From contig DLNC01000015.1 of assembly GCA_002478265.1 (NCBI GenBank), positions 19,885-83,884 on the forward strand: 64,000 nt of DNA, in the 5' to 3' direction. The notes under the pieces are model-generated. The model saw nothing but the letters and a program-made list of their open reading frames with translations, made no database searches and was not told the DNA's origin. The stretch's first letter is position 1. Every line of letters begins with the position of its first letter. This DNA comes from Syntrophaceae bacterium UBA7520. GTDB taxonomy: Bacteria > Desulfobacterota > Syntrophia > Syntrophales > Smithellaceae. The position numbers and the translations under genes are program-made. Positions 47,627-57,355 of this stretch are shown in pieces.

Positions 47627-48184
47627 ATGACTTTAACAACTGTTTTCATTATCGCCGTAGCTTTGGGAGTTGACGCTTTTTCCGTGGCTATCGGTATCGG
47701 CGCGGCCAATCATCAAAAGCCATGGTGGCCGCCGGTTTTACGCCTTTCCGCAGCGTTCGGATTTTTTCAGTTCATGATGGCCGTCATTGGATGGCTTGCG
47801 GGTTCAACAGTGGTCGAGATCATCGAGGCGGTTGATCATTGGGTGGCCTTTGGCCTTTTGGCGTTAATCGGCGGCAAAATGATATGGGAGGGCATGGAAA
47901 AAGAAGAGCATAAGAAGCAAAATGATCAGACCAGGGGATTATCTTTGCTCATCCTGTCTGTCGCGACCAGTATCGATTCCCTGGCGGTTGGTTTTAGTTT
48001 TTCTGTGCTGAAAAATCCCATTATGTTTCCCGCGCTGCTTATCGGCATTGTCTGTTTTTTCATGACGGCGATAGGCATGATTTTTGGCAAGGGGCTGGCG
48101 CGCATCTTCGGCAGGAAGGTGAACATATTCGGTGGTCTGGTTTTGATTGCCATTGGAATAAAAATATTAATAGAGCATTTATAA
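47627..48184 (+). CDS. mntP: manganese efflux pump MntP
   Basis: GVDAFSVAIGIG and SIDSLAVGFS twin motifs, 6 TM. Start at 47627 matches the usual N-terminal spacing; the ORF is open from 47591. Confidence 0.85.
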   Translation: MTLTTVFIIAVALGVDAFSVAIGIGAANHQKPWWPPVLRLSAAFGFFQFMMAVIGWLAGSTVVEIIEAVDHWVAFGLLALIGGKMIWEGMEKEEHKKQNDQTRGLSLLILSVATSIDSLAVGFSFSVLKNPIMFPALLIGIVCFFMTAIGMIFGKGLARIFGRKVNIFGGLVLIAIGIKILIEHL

Positions 48185-48217
48185 GGGTTAAGCATTAAGA
48201 CTCAAAGGGTTGAGGAT

Positions 48218-48727
48218 ATGTATTATCAACTAGTAAAAACAGCGAATAAATGCATCGGTGTCGTGTGGGATAATGAAGACGAGAAAATAAAATTAAAAAA
48301 AATATATTTGCCGAAAGCAAAAAACGAACTCTTGCGGCGGATTAGGAAAGATTTCTCTTTTGCTGCTGTAAAAGAGGGCAGATTGCGCGAAGGTCTGGAT
48401 CGGGTTATTGCCGCTATGTATCAGGGCAAAGTTCAGAAAATGCCCATGTTTTTGCTGGACATGGAAAAATTGGCGCCATTTACAAAAAAAGTTTTAATCC
48501 AGGCCCGTAAGATTCCCCGTGGACACGTTGCGACTTATTCCTCTCTCGCGAAGAAAATAGGAAACCCCAAAGCCGCGCGGGCGGTAGGAACGGCAATGGC
48601 GCGAAATCCCTTTCCTATTGTTGTGCCCTGCCACCGTGTTATCCGCGCGGATGGAACATTAGGCGGATTTGGCGGTGGTTTAAAGATGAAAAAAATGATG
48701 TTGCAGCGGGAAGGCATCAAAATTTGA
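48218..48727 (+). CDS. ogt: methylated-DNA--protein-cysteine methyltransferase
   Basis: Active-site VPCHRVI; upstream GxVATYSSLAKKIGNPKAARAVG HTH. Confidence 0.85.
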   Translation: MYYQLVKTANKCIGVVWDNEDEKIKLKKIYLPKAKNELLRRIRKDFSFAAVKEGRLREGLDRVIAAMYQGKVQKMPMFLLDMEKLAPFTKKVLIQARKIPRGHVATYSSLAKKIGNPKAARAVGTAMARNPFPIVVPCHRVIRADGTLGGFGGGLKMKKMMLQREGIKI

Positions 48728-49061
48728 TATCGTGAATATTAATAAACGGTAATCGACATTGCTTTCATTATCAGTGGCTAATATAATATTTTGTCAGGAA
48801 AGTTTGTCGGATAATTAGCCACTTAAAATAATAATAGCCCGTTCGTCTTAAATCAACGTGACTGATGGATATTTAGTAGCCGTCTTAATAAAAATAGTGG
48901 ATATTTATTATCCATATTAATGGGTCAAAAAATTTGTTTATAGAAATATCCTCTGTTATTACAAAAGCTTAAGAAAATAATAAATTTATGGCATAAGCAT
49001 TGCTCAAAAAGAATGCAGGGCAGGAATAAGTGTCTGAAAAAAACTAAAAGGAGGTTCTCTG

Positions 49062-50519
49062 ATGAACAGAAGACTGGCAAAAAAAATTGGTGTTTTTATA
49101 ATTGTCGCATTATTTATTTTGCCTTCTTTGGCAAAAGCGCAGATTCAAACGCGTTATGAGCAGACCCCCACATTCAGCCAGGAAGAATTGGCGCAGGTGC
49201 TGGCGCCCATCGCTCTATATCCCGACGCGCTGCTTTCACAGATACTGATTGCTGCCTCTTATCCCTATGAAGTCGCGGAAGCGGACCGATGGTTGGCGAG
49301 AAATCCATACCTCACCGACGAGCAGTTGGACGAAGCTCTGCAGGCGAAAGACTGGGATGTCAGCGTGCTTTCCCTTTGCTACTATCCGAAAGTTCTCAGC
49401 ATGATGGCGGAAAATCTCAACTGGACCGCAAGATTGGGCGACGCGTTTGTGTATCAGCAACAGGATGTGATGGATACGATACAGGATCTGCGCGCCAGAG
49501 CGGCCGCACAGGGCAATTTGAATACGACGGATGAACAAAAAGTAATTGTTGAAGAAAGAATAATTCGCATCGAACCTGCTTACTACAATTACCTTTATGT
49601 TCCGGTTTATGATCCGTTTGTCGTCTATGGACCATGGTGGTTTCCGGCTTTTCTGCCTTTCCGTATTTTCTATCCCGGGGTGGTAGTTACCGGACCAAGA
49701 ATTGTTTTTTCACCGAGGTTATTTGTCAGTTTTGGAGTTATCGGCTGGTCGCATTTTGATTGGCATTCGCGGCATATCATTATCAGGGATATCGACAGAA
49801 CAAGAAAATTTAACAGGCATTATCAGGTCTACCACAGACCCCAGGAAAAGATTTACTGGAAACCGAATCAGCAAAAAAGAGTTGTTTACGAAAGGCGTAG
49901 GCAGGAACAACCGCGTTTTCGCCAGCAACAAAGATCACCCGGCTCGACTCCTTCCGGAGGATTCAAAAGAGGCGCGGATGTGGTTGTGCCGCCAAGAAGT
50001 AAAGCCGGTGTGCCGGCGGCGCCTCCCGCGGTAAAAAGAGATCAACGACCGGTCGTGACACCAAAAGATCCGGGCAGCAGCCCTGCCTCAAAGGCAACCG
50101 TGCCCCGCGGGAAAGAAACTCAGCAGGGCCAGCCGCAGCTCAAGCACCAGCCCTCAGGGCAGCAACCGTCGCCGACGCGGTCATCGCCCAAAGGGCAGGA
50201 GATTCAATCTCCGCCGCGTATAAATGAAAAAAAAGGTACGCAAACGCCTCCGCAGGATAGAATAATTCAGCCACCGCACGGTAGAGACAACAGCAGGAAC
50301 AAAGCGGTGCATCCGCCGGCCCAGCAGCAGCCAATTGTGACTCAAGGGGCGAAACAGGAAAGCGTACAACGCGCCTCGGGCAGCACGGGCCGAGGAGTCT
50401 CTGGCACGCCGCGCTCTGCAAATAAAGGTTTTGCGACTAAGGAGGAGCAAAACGCCGAACGCGGCATGCAACAGAACATGGGTAATGGTAGAATGGGGGG
50501 GCGTGACTCCAGAAGATAA
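49062..50519 (+). CDS. DUF3300 domain secreted protein with long Pro/Gln/Arg-rich tail
   Basis: Signal peptide; LAPIALYPDALLSQILIAASYPYEVAEADRWL is the DUF3300 signature. The C-terminal ~200 aa is low complexity. Confidence 0.75.
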   Translation: MNRRLAKKIGVFIIVALFILPSLAKAQIQTRYEQTPTFSQEELAQVLAPIALYPDALLSQILIAASYPYEVAEADRWLARNPYLTDEQLDEALQAKDWDVSVLSLCYYPKVLSMMAENLNWTARLGDAFVYQQQDVMDTIQDLRARAAAQGNLNTTDEQKVIVEERIIRIEPAYYNYLYVPVYDPFVVYGPWWFPAFLPFRIFYPGVVVTGPRIVFSPRLFVSFGVIGWSHFDWHSRHIIIRDIDRTRKFNRHYQVYHRPQEKIYWKPNQQKRVVYERRRQEQPRFRQQQRSPGSTPSGGFKRGADVVVPPRSKAGVPAAPPAVKRDQRPVVTPKDPGSSPASKATVPRGKETQQGQPQLKHQPSGQQPSPTRSSPKGQEIQSPPRINEKKGTQTPPQDRIIQPPHGRDNSRNKAVHPPAQQQPIVTQGAKQESVQRASGSTGRGVSGTPRSANKGFATKEEQNAERGMQQNMGNGRMGGRDSRR

Positions 50520-50522
50520 TTT

Positions 50523-50990
50523 TTAAAGCACAGCTTTTGCGTCGCGCAGAGCCTGTTTTACTTTTTTTGCGTGCTCTATTGTTTCGCGTTTTATCTGTGA
50601 TAGAAGAAAGGCGATGTTCTGGTCGTTTGTGCTGAAATACTCATAGAATTTATTTTCAATGATGGAATCTTCGAGGTTCAAACTGTAAGCCAACGCGTTA
50701 ATTATGTTTAATTCGTTGGCTTTAGTTTTTTTATAAGTTGATTCTATCCCGTCGGTAATAAATTTGATGGTAAGAGTTTTTATTTTATTTTCATCCAGAT
50801 AAACTATCTTTTGCCTGCTATAAGCCGATAATTTTTTGATATATACGGCATGTTGGACTTCTTCTTTACTTAACTCTTCCCAAAAATACCGGTGAGCCGG
50901 AAATTTTTCCGCAAAAAGTTTGTATAAATTGGCGATGTCTGTTTCCAGTTTTTCCAGGAGTTCGAGAAATATATTGGCAAAATCGTTCAT
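50523..50990 (-). CDS. ferritin-like four-helix-bundle protein (two ExxH motifs)
   Basis: EEVQH and ETIEH motifs plus upstream Glu residues (LETD, LEDS), spaced as in rubrerythrin/ferritin-like di-iron sites. Confidence 0.5.
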   Translation of the reverse strand: MNDFANIFLELLEKLETDIANLYKLFAEKFPAHRYFWEELSKEEVQHAVYIKKLSAYSRQKIVYLDENKIKTLTIKFITDGIESTYKKTKANELNIINALAYSLNLEDSIIENKFYEYFSTNDQNIAFLLSQIKRETIEHAKKVKQALRDAKAVL

Positions 50991-51007
50991 AGGGTAACCG
51001 CTCTTAT

Positions 51008-52981
51008 TTAAGGCAAAAATGGCGGCAGCGGGCAGCCCAACGCCAGAGAAACAACACGCAGAAGATCTGATTCGGAGACTGTAACTTCGCGGTCAAAAAA
51101 GGCGCAGTGCGCGCACGCGTCAACGATCGATTGTTTTATCCGGAAAGAAGAAGCGGAAAGCTTATCCAGACAGCGGCCGACATCGGTAAAAGAAATATTT
51201 TCATTATATTGATAATTATTTATATTTTCGGCTATTTCCGGTATCCGCGCAAGGCCGGCGCTAAGCGCCTGCTTTGCTTTTTGCGGATCAGCGGTATTTC
51301 CCGCCCAGGCCAGGACATTTAGTAACGTATAAATGTCGGCGGCGACCTGCGCGTAGGAAAAGAAAGATATTTTGCTGGAGACGTTTTCTTTTTCCGTTAG
51401 TAATTTGTTAAGCAGCCAGCGCACGGTAAATTCGAAAAGAGTCAGTTGGTTATCCGCCCTGATCAGTAAATCAATAATTCTCAGAAAATCTCTTTTTCCA
51501 GCGCTGGAAAGCGTGAGAAGGGAAGGCGTGGCCAGCTCCACCAGCGGCAGACGGACATCCGGACCTAACTCGGCGAGCTTCGCGCAAATGGAGGCAACTT
51601 CATTAATTATATTTTCCGGAACAAGCGCCTTTCGCAACACATCAATTTTTGCCTCGCGAAAATTGTTCTCACAGCCGACAAAAAGCGCATAAATCACACA
51701 GGCGGCGCTTTGTGATACGTTTAAATCATGTTTCAGATCTTCCGGGATCAAAGCGAGGATGGATTTGCCGCGATCGATATGCGATTCGGAGAAACTGCCG
51801 ACGAGCTCGGTGACATTTTCCGGCCGGGCATCGACTAGATAGTCGGAGTAATAATCAGCACCTTTTTTATATGCTTTGTATTCGGCAATGTATCTTGATG
51901 CCGCCTTGGAAATTTCCGGGGGAACGCCTATATGGGGATATTTCCCGTCAAAGGACGGGTCAAGAAGTCTAATGCGCTTGTCCAGAGGCGGATGGGTGGC
52001 AAGCATCCGGGGGAAAAGAAAATCCAGGCTGCTTTCGGAAATAAACAAATGAGACGCCTGTCTGACCGTGGCTGATTGAATAAGAGAACCATAGGCGTAG
52101 CCGCCAATTTTCTTTAGGGCGTTGGCCAGCCCTAGGGAATTACGCGTAAATTGCACGGCAGAGGCATCCGCAAGCATCTCTTTTTGCCGTGAAACGGCGC
52201 ATTGAATGAGGCGTCCCATGAAAGAGCCGGCATAACCGACTATGGCTAGGATAATACCCGCGGAAAGGACGACAATGCTGGTTCGCGTCAGGCGATGATG
52301 TTCAAGTATTTCACCGCCAATGATGCCGATAACAAGGATACCGTAAAGAATGCCGATAAGCTGAGTGTTGAGGCGCGCGTCGCCGTTTAAAATATGACTG
52401 AATTCATGAGCGACTACGCCCTGCAACTCATCGCGGTCGAGATGGTCGAGCATGCCGCGTGTGACGGCTATGGCGGAATCATGAAGCGTCAGTCCGGCGG
52501 CAAAAGCATTTATTCCTTTCTCATTATCCAGGATGTAAGCTGGTGGAACAGGCACGCCGGAGGAAATGGCCATTTCTTCAATGACATTTAGCAATCTTCT
52601 TTCCAGGGAGTCTGAGCTTCCTTTGGGAACCAATCTGCCGCCCAGCATTTCCGCGATCGCGCCGCCGCCTTTTTGCAGCTGATTCATTTTTATCAGACTG
52701 GCCACGGAAATAAAAAGAGTTACGAGGCACGCGACGAGAAAAAATAATTGTGGTTCAAAGAAAGGGAAATCTTTCATCTTTTGCGCGTAATAAGCGGAAG
52801 TTTCCCAGTTGGTGTGATAAACGCTGCTGGAAAGGTAGATATAATAAATCAGGCGCAACGCGAAATAAATGGCGACAATAATAATCGTGACCGCCAAAAT
52901 AAAAAGCATGACAAGCTTGCGGATATTACTGCGTGCGCGATCTTGCCTGTAGAAAAAATTCGTCGGTCTGTTTTCGGCCAT
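51008..52981 (-). CDS. M48 family zinc metallopeptidase (HtpX-like) with ~300-aa C-terminal extension
   Basis: HEFSH zinc motif, TM helices flanking the catalytic domain. The C-terminal half has no motif I recognise. Confidence 0.8.
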   Translation of the reverse strand: MAENRPTNFFYRQDRARSNIRKLVMLFILAVTIIIVAIYFALRLIYYIYLSSSVYHTNWETSAYYAQKMKDFPFFEPQLFFLVACLVTLFISVASLIKMNQLQKGGGAIAEMLGGRLVPKGSSDSLERRLLNVIEEMAISSGVPVPPAYILDNEKGINAFAAGLTLHDSAIAVTRGMLDHLDRDELQGVVAHEFSHILNGDARLNTQLIGILYGILVIGIIGGEILEHHRLTRTSIVVLSAGIILAIVGYAGSFMGRLIQCAVSRQKEMLADASAVQFTRNSLGLANALKKIGGYAYGSLIQSATVRQASHLFISESSLDFLFPRMLATHPPLDKRIRLLDPSFDGKYPHIGVPPEISKAASRYIAEYKAYKKGADYYSDYLVDARPENVTELVGSFSESHIDRGKSILALIPEDLKHDLNVSQSAACVIYALFVGCENNFREAKIDVLRKALVPENIINEVASICAKLAELGPDVRLPLVELATPSLLTLSSAGKRDFLRIIDLLIRADNQLTLFEFTVRWLLNKLLTEKENVSSKISFFSYAQVAADIYTLLNVLAWAGNTADPQKAKQALSAGLARIPEIAENINNYQYNENISFTDVGRCLDKLSASSFRIKQSIVDACAHCAFFDREVTVSESDLLRVVSLALGCPLPPFLP

Positions 52982-53014
52982 GGGAAGGTAGGCAATCTAT
53001 GCTGCGGCGTTAAA

Positions 53015-53608
53015 TCAAGAAAAACTCACTCTGGGAGCAACGCGTTCCTGGGCGCCTTCCGTGGACTGCAGCAACTCCGCCGGCGCGAAATTAAAGAAAA
53101 CGGCCACGAAATTGTTGGGGAATTTTTCACGGTTAATATTGTATTCCGCCACAAAATCGTTATAAGCCTGACGGGCAAAACCGATTTTATTTTCCGTGGA
53201 AGTCAGCTCTTCCATAAGCTGGCTGATTGTCTGATTCGCTTTCAGATCCGGATATGATTCGACAACCGCAAGAAGCCGGGCCAACATATTGCCTAGAGCT
53301 CCCTCGGCCTGCATTAGTCCAGTCATCGCTTTGGCGTCTCCGGGATTTGCCGCCGCCAGTTTGCTTGCGTCAAAGGCTGTGTTTCGCGCTTTGATAACCG
53401 CCTCCAATGTTTCGCGTTCATGCTTTAAATATCCCTTGGCGCTTTCCACCAGGTTGGGGATAAGATCATAACGCCTTTTTAACTGAACATCTATCTGAGC
53501 GTAAGCGTTTTTGTAGTAATTTCTGAGCTGTATCAGTTTATTATAAATAGTTATGAGAAAAAGAATAACAGCCGCAATTATTGCCAGAAGCACCAGTGTC
53601 GCCCCCAT
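53015..53608 (-). CDS. lemA: LemA family protein
   Basis: N-terminal TM plus YNKLIQLRN...AQIDVQLKRRYDLIPNLVE...YPDLKAN signature. Confidence 0.9.
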   Translation of the reverse strand: MGATLVLLAIIAAVILFLITIYNKLIQLRNYYKNAYAQIDVQLKRRYDLIPNLVESAKGYLKHERETLEAVIKARNTAFDASKLAAANPGDAKAMTGLMQAEGALGNMLARLLAVVESYPDLKANQTISQLMEELTSTENKIGFARQAYNDFVAEYNINREKFPNNFVAVFFNFAPAELLQSTEGAQERVAPRVSFS

Positions 53609-53693
53609 ATGACCTCCTTTGTTTTCTAAGATGTTTATTTTTAAAGCATTTCGTGGTGAAAATCAACGAAAGAATATAATTTTGCGGATGTGT

Positions 53694-54863
53694 TTATAAA
53701 TTGTTTTTTGCTTTTTTTTCCGTGTAGATGATAGCCAGATTATCGCGATGAATCACCTCATCATAGTCTTTATGGCCTAAAACCTGGCTGATCTGTGAAG
53801 TCTTTAATCCCTTAATTTTATGGATTTCCGCCGCGGAGTAATTCACCAGCCCTTTAGCCAGCAAAACTCCTTTCCGGTCGATAAGACCCACAGGGTCACC
53901 CAGCACAAAGTCGCCTTCCACGTCGATAATACCCGAAGGAAGCAGGCTCGTGCCTTTTTCGCAAAGAGCTGTTTTTGCGCCCTCATCAATCACAAGCCTG
54001 CCGCGTGGCCGCAGCGTAAAAGCGATCCAATATTTTTTGCTTTTTAATTTATGGCTTTTGGGCAGAAACAGCGTCCCTATTTCCCTGCCGGCAATAATTT
54101 TGGATAAGACGCGCGGTGCTTTACCCGGCGCAATGATGCAAGGTATGCCCATGGAGGTAACACTTTTCGCCGCCATAACTTTACTTTTCATGCCACCCAT
54201 GCCGACCGGGCTTGTTTCGCAGGTTGCGGCGTTTTCAATTTCGTCGGTGAATTCGCGGACCAGGGAAATGAGATTGGCCTTGCGGTTGCCCGCGGGATTA
54301 CAGTCATAGAGACCATCAGTGCTGGTTAAATTAACGAATAAATCAGCTTCCACCATGTTGGCAATCATCGCGGCAAGAGTGTCATTGTCGCCGAATTTGA
54401 TTTCGTCAACGGCGACGGAATCATTTTCATTGATTATCGGGGTGACGCGCCATTCAATCAAGGTGGAAAGCGTGTTGCGGATATTCAAATATCTCTGTCG
54501 GTCAGAAAGATCGGCAAGGGTCAATAAAAGCTGTGCCACATAGAGGCCCCTTTTTTCAAAGGACTTGGAATAAACACGCATCAGCCTACCCTGGCCGATG
54601 GCGGCGGCGGCCTGTTTTTCACGGATGCTTTTCAGAGGTGCGGTCATACCCAGGCGATGCTTGCCGGAAACAATTGCGCCTGAAGTGACCAGGACGATAG
54701 TGTGGCCATTGCGGATGAGTTCCGTCATTTCCTTTACGAGAGAATTGATAATCTTCAGATCAAGTCCATCGGTGCCGGTAAGCACGGCGGAGCCGACTTT
54801 GACAAGAATTGTTTTGGCGCCGGCGATTGTTTCCTGACGGATATTTTTCGTGACTGATTTCAT
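53694..54863 (-). CDS. proB: glutamate 5-kinase (with PUA domain)
   Basis: VKVGSAVLT, amino acid kinase fold, C-terminal PUA (LVIDEGA...GD). 4-bp overlap with obg. Confidence 0.93.
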   Translation of the reverse strand: MKSVTKNIRQETIAGAKTILVKVGSAVLTGTDGLDLKIINSLVKEMTELIRNGHTIVLVTSGAIVSGKHRLGMTAPLKSIREKQAAAAIGQGRLMRVYSKSFEKRGLYVAQLLLTLADLSDRQRYLNIRNTLSTLIEWRVTPIINENDSVAVDEIKFGDNDTLAAMIANMVEADLFVNLTSTDGLYDCNPAGNRKANLISLVREFTDEIENAATCETSPVGMGGMKSKVMAAKSVTSMGIPCIIAPGKAPRVLSKIIAGREIGTLFLPKSHKLKSKKYWIAFTLRPRGRLVIDEGAKTALCEKGTSLLPSGIIDVEGDFVLGDPVGLIDRKGVLLAKGLVNYSAAEIHKIKGLKTSQISQVLGHKDYDEVIHRDNLAIIYTEKKAKNNL

Positions 54864-55867
54864 TTTTTCTTTTTGCCGATCATGCTGGCTAGCTTATTGA
54901 TTATTTTATCAACTCCCTCTCCTGTTGCCGCGGAGAAAGGATACAGTATTATTCCCTTTTTTTTAAATCGCGCAACTTCTTTTTTTGCCTGTTCCCGGAC
55001 AAACGGCAGATCAATTTTATTGAGCGTGACAATTTGCGGCTTTTCCATAAGGGCGGCATCGTAGCAGGAAAGTTCGTTGTTGATGATATTATAATTTTTC
55101 CAGGCGTCGTTTTGTTCCTCAGCGGAGATGTCAATGATGTGCAGCAGCACCGAAGTTCTTTCTATGTGTTTTAAAAATTTAATTCCCATGCCCATACCCG
55201 TATGCGCGCCGGTGATGAGTCCTGGTATATCGGCGATGACAAAGCTCACGTCGCGTGAATGCTGGACGACGCCCAGATGCGGCGTGAGAGTGGTAAAAGG
55301 ATAATCGGCAATTTTGGGTCGGGCCGCGGAAACGCGCGCAATGAATGTTGATTTGCCGGCGTTGGGAAATCCGACGATGCCGACGTCCGCCAAAAGTTTT
55401 AGCTCAAGTAAAATCCAGCGTTCTTCGCCCTCCATGCCTTCCTGGGCGAATTTGGGTGTCTGATGCGTGGCCGTGGCGAAATGAGCATTGCCCTTGCCGC
55501 CGATACCGCCGCTTGCGGCAAGATACGCCTGGCCCACCTGGGATAAATCGGCAAGCAATTCCAAAGTGGAGGCGTCTTTAATAATTGTTCCTACCGGAAC
55601 AGGAATTTCCAGGTCAGCGGCGCTTTTCCCCGTGCGGTTATTACCGGAGCCGTGACCGCCGTTTTTTGCGACATGATGCTGACGATATTTAAAATCCAGA
55701 AGCGTGCGATGTTTTTCCGTTGCGCGGAAAATGACATCGCCGCCTTTGCCGCCGTCGCCGCCGTCGGGACCGCCGCGCGGGACATATTTTTCCCGGCGAA
55801 AGCTGACGCAGCCGCGGCCGCCGTGACCGGCCTTGATATAAATTTTTGCCTCATCAACGAATTTCAT
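54860..55867 (-). CDS. obg: GTPase Obg/CgtA
   Basis: MKFVDEAKI, Gly-rich Obg fold (GGHGGRGCVSFRREK), G1 GFPNAGKST, G3 DIPGLI. Confidence 0.95.
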   Translation of the reverse strand: MKFVDEAKIYIKAGHGGRGCVSFRREKYVPRGGPDGGDGGKGGDVIFRATEKHRTLLDFKYRQHHVAKNGGHGSGNNRTGKSAADLEIPVPVGTIIKDASTLELLADLSQVGQAYLAASGGIGGKGNAHFATATHQTPKFAQEGMEGEERWILLELKLLADVGIVGFPNAGKSTFIARVSAARPKIADYPFTTLTPHLGVVQHSRDVSFVIADIPGLITGAHTGMGMGIKFLKHIERTSVLLHIIDISAEEQNDAWKNYNIINNELSCYDAALMEKPQIVTLNKIDLPFVREQAKKEVARFKKKGIILYPFSAATGEGVDKIINKLASMIGKKKK

Positions 55868-55943
55868 GCGCGCTCTGCTTTACAAATTAAAAAGGCGCTT
55901 TGTAGGAAAGCGCCTTGGAAATGATAAATATGGTCAAATAAAA

Positions 55944-56198
55944 TCAGGCCGCGTAAACGCTTACCTTTTTTCTCGTCTTGTCCAGTCTTTCAAATTTCAC
56001 TACGCCGTTGATCAGGGAAAAAATGGTGAAATCTTTGCCCATGCCGACGTTTTTTCCCGGATGAATTTTTGTGCCGACCTGCCGCACGATTATGGAGCCG
56101 GCATTAATTTTTTGCCCGCCGAATACTTTAACGCCCCGACGCTGCGAATTGCTGTCTCTTCCGTTACGGGAGCTTCCCTGACCTTTTTTATGTGCCAT
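55944..56198 (-). CDS. rpmA: 50S ribosomal protein L27
   Basis: [25 protein letters not shown]-terminus. Confidence 0.97.
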   Translation of the reverse strand: MAHKKGQGSSRNGRDSNSQRRGVKVFGGQKINAGSIIVRQVGTKIHPGKNVGMGKDFTIFSLINGVVKFERLDKTRKKVSVYAA

Positions 56199-56216
56199 TT
56201 AGTTCTCCGCCTGCCT

Positions 56217-56528
56217 CTATATCGTTATTCTCTTTATTTTCATGCTGGTTAATTCCTGCCGGTGTCCGGTTTTCTTATGAAAACCTTTGCGGCGTTTCTT
56301 CTTGAAAACCTGAATTTTCGGGCCTTTTTTTTGCTCGATAATTTCCCCATAGACCTTGGCGCCTTCCACGTAAGGTTTTCCTATTTTAATTCCGCTTTCG
56401 CCGGAAACCATCAAAACTTCGTTAAAGACTACTTCGGTTCCTTTTTCGCCGTCGAGTTTCTCGACGGATAAAATTTCTCCTTCAGTTACCTTGTGTTGTT
56501 TGGATCCTGTTTTTATGACCGCGTACAT
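56217..56528 (-). CDS. rplU: 50S ribosomal protein L21
   Basis: [18 protein letters not shown]. The second Met was chosen; the ORF track starts one codon earlier at 56531. Confidence 0.95.
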   Translation of the reverse strand: MYAVIKTGSKQHKVTEGEILSVEKLDGEKGTEVVFNEVLMVSGESGIKIGKPYVEGAKVYGEIIEQKKGPKIQVFKKKRRKGFHKKTGHRQELTSMKIKRITI

Positions 56529-56561
56529 CATTTATACCTTTGCCTTGGATTAGGATTGATG

Positions 56562-56590
56562 CTTATAGACAATTTAACAATGTTTGTCAA
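56562..56590 (-). promoter_or_regulatory. sigma-70 promoter for rplU-rpmA-obg-proB
   Basis: Minus strand TTGACA (56590-56585), N17 spacer, TATAAG (56567-56562); about 30 nt upstream of the rplU start. Confidence 0.5.
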
Positions 56591-56647
56591 TAAAATTTAT
56601 CAACAAATTCAATGTTTATCAGGAGCGGGGGAAACGCCGCTTTTTGA

Positions 56648-57142
56648 TTACTTTCTGGCTTTGGCGATCATTTCCGCGGCGAAGGTTTTGGCGTCGGACA
56701 AATCATTCGCGTCCGGATGGCCGATAGCGCTTTGCGCTTCTTCACCCCATGCTTTGTGTTCAGGACTTTTTAGAAGCATATCAATTACTTTTGGGTTTAC
56801 CTGGCCGCGCGTGCCGAAATGTCCTAAAACATTGGCTTTTATAGCCAAGCTGATCGCGTGTTCAAATGCCTGTCTGGGCAACTGTCCACCGCGCAGTGAG
56901 CCGTGCGTGGAAAAGAAAGCTACTTTTTGGCCTTCAGGTATTTGTTTAATGAAATCTGCCGCTTTTGACGGGACACTATGCGCGTGCACAGGGAAGCCGC
57001 AGAAGATGATGTCATAGCCTTCGGTCTTTTTTACTTCCTGAACGGGTTTGATTTCTTTTTCGAAATCAATGGCCTCGTAGATGGCGTTGGCGACTTTTTT
57101 TGTGTTGCCGGTTTCGGAAAAATAAGTGACTAAAACTTTCAT
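56648..57142 (-). CDS. flavodoxin-like protein
   Basis: MKVLVTYFSETGNTKKVA FMN-phosphate loop; 164 aa alpha/beta pattern. Confidence 0.7.
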   Translation of the reverse strand: MKVLVTYFSETGNTKKVANAIYEAIDFEKEIKPVQEVKKTEGYDIIFCGFPVHAHSVPSKAADFIKQIPEGQKVAFFSTHGSLRGGQLPRQAFEHAISLAIKANVLGHFGTRGQVNPKVIDMLLKSPEHKAWGEEAQSAIGHPDANDLSDAKTFAAEMIAKARK

Positions 57143-57317
57143 GCATTCTCCTTCCTGAAAAACTGTTCCGCTTCATACAGGATTTTCGCCTTATTTGCAA
57201 GAAAGTTGCAATGAGGAAAAAACGAGGCCGCAGTTAAAATGAGAGAAGGCAAGGAGGAAAATGTTGTGCCATGCCGGCGAGTCAAAGTTTTAGAAAGAAG
57301 GAACAGTTTAAATAATC

Positions 57318-57346
57318 TTGCTTATGTAACAAGGACGGTGTAAAAT
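57318..57346 (+). promoter_or_regulatory. sigma-70-type promoter; transcript would be nearly leaderless
   Basis: TTGCTT (57318-57323), N17 spacer, TAAAAT (57341-57346). The ATG at 57356 is only 10 nt after the -10 and has no SD. Confidence 0.3.
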
Positions 57347-57355
57347 ATAAAAACA

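Noticed and set aside
56532-56647. Ribosomal-protein L21 leader RNA upstream of rplU
   Set aside because: The predicted promoter (56562-56590) leaves only about 25-30 nt of leader, which is too short for the structured L21 leader known from Firmicutes. The small hairpin near 56624-56640 lies upstream of the promoter.
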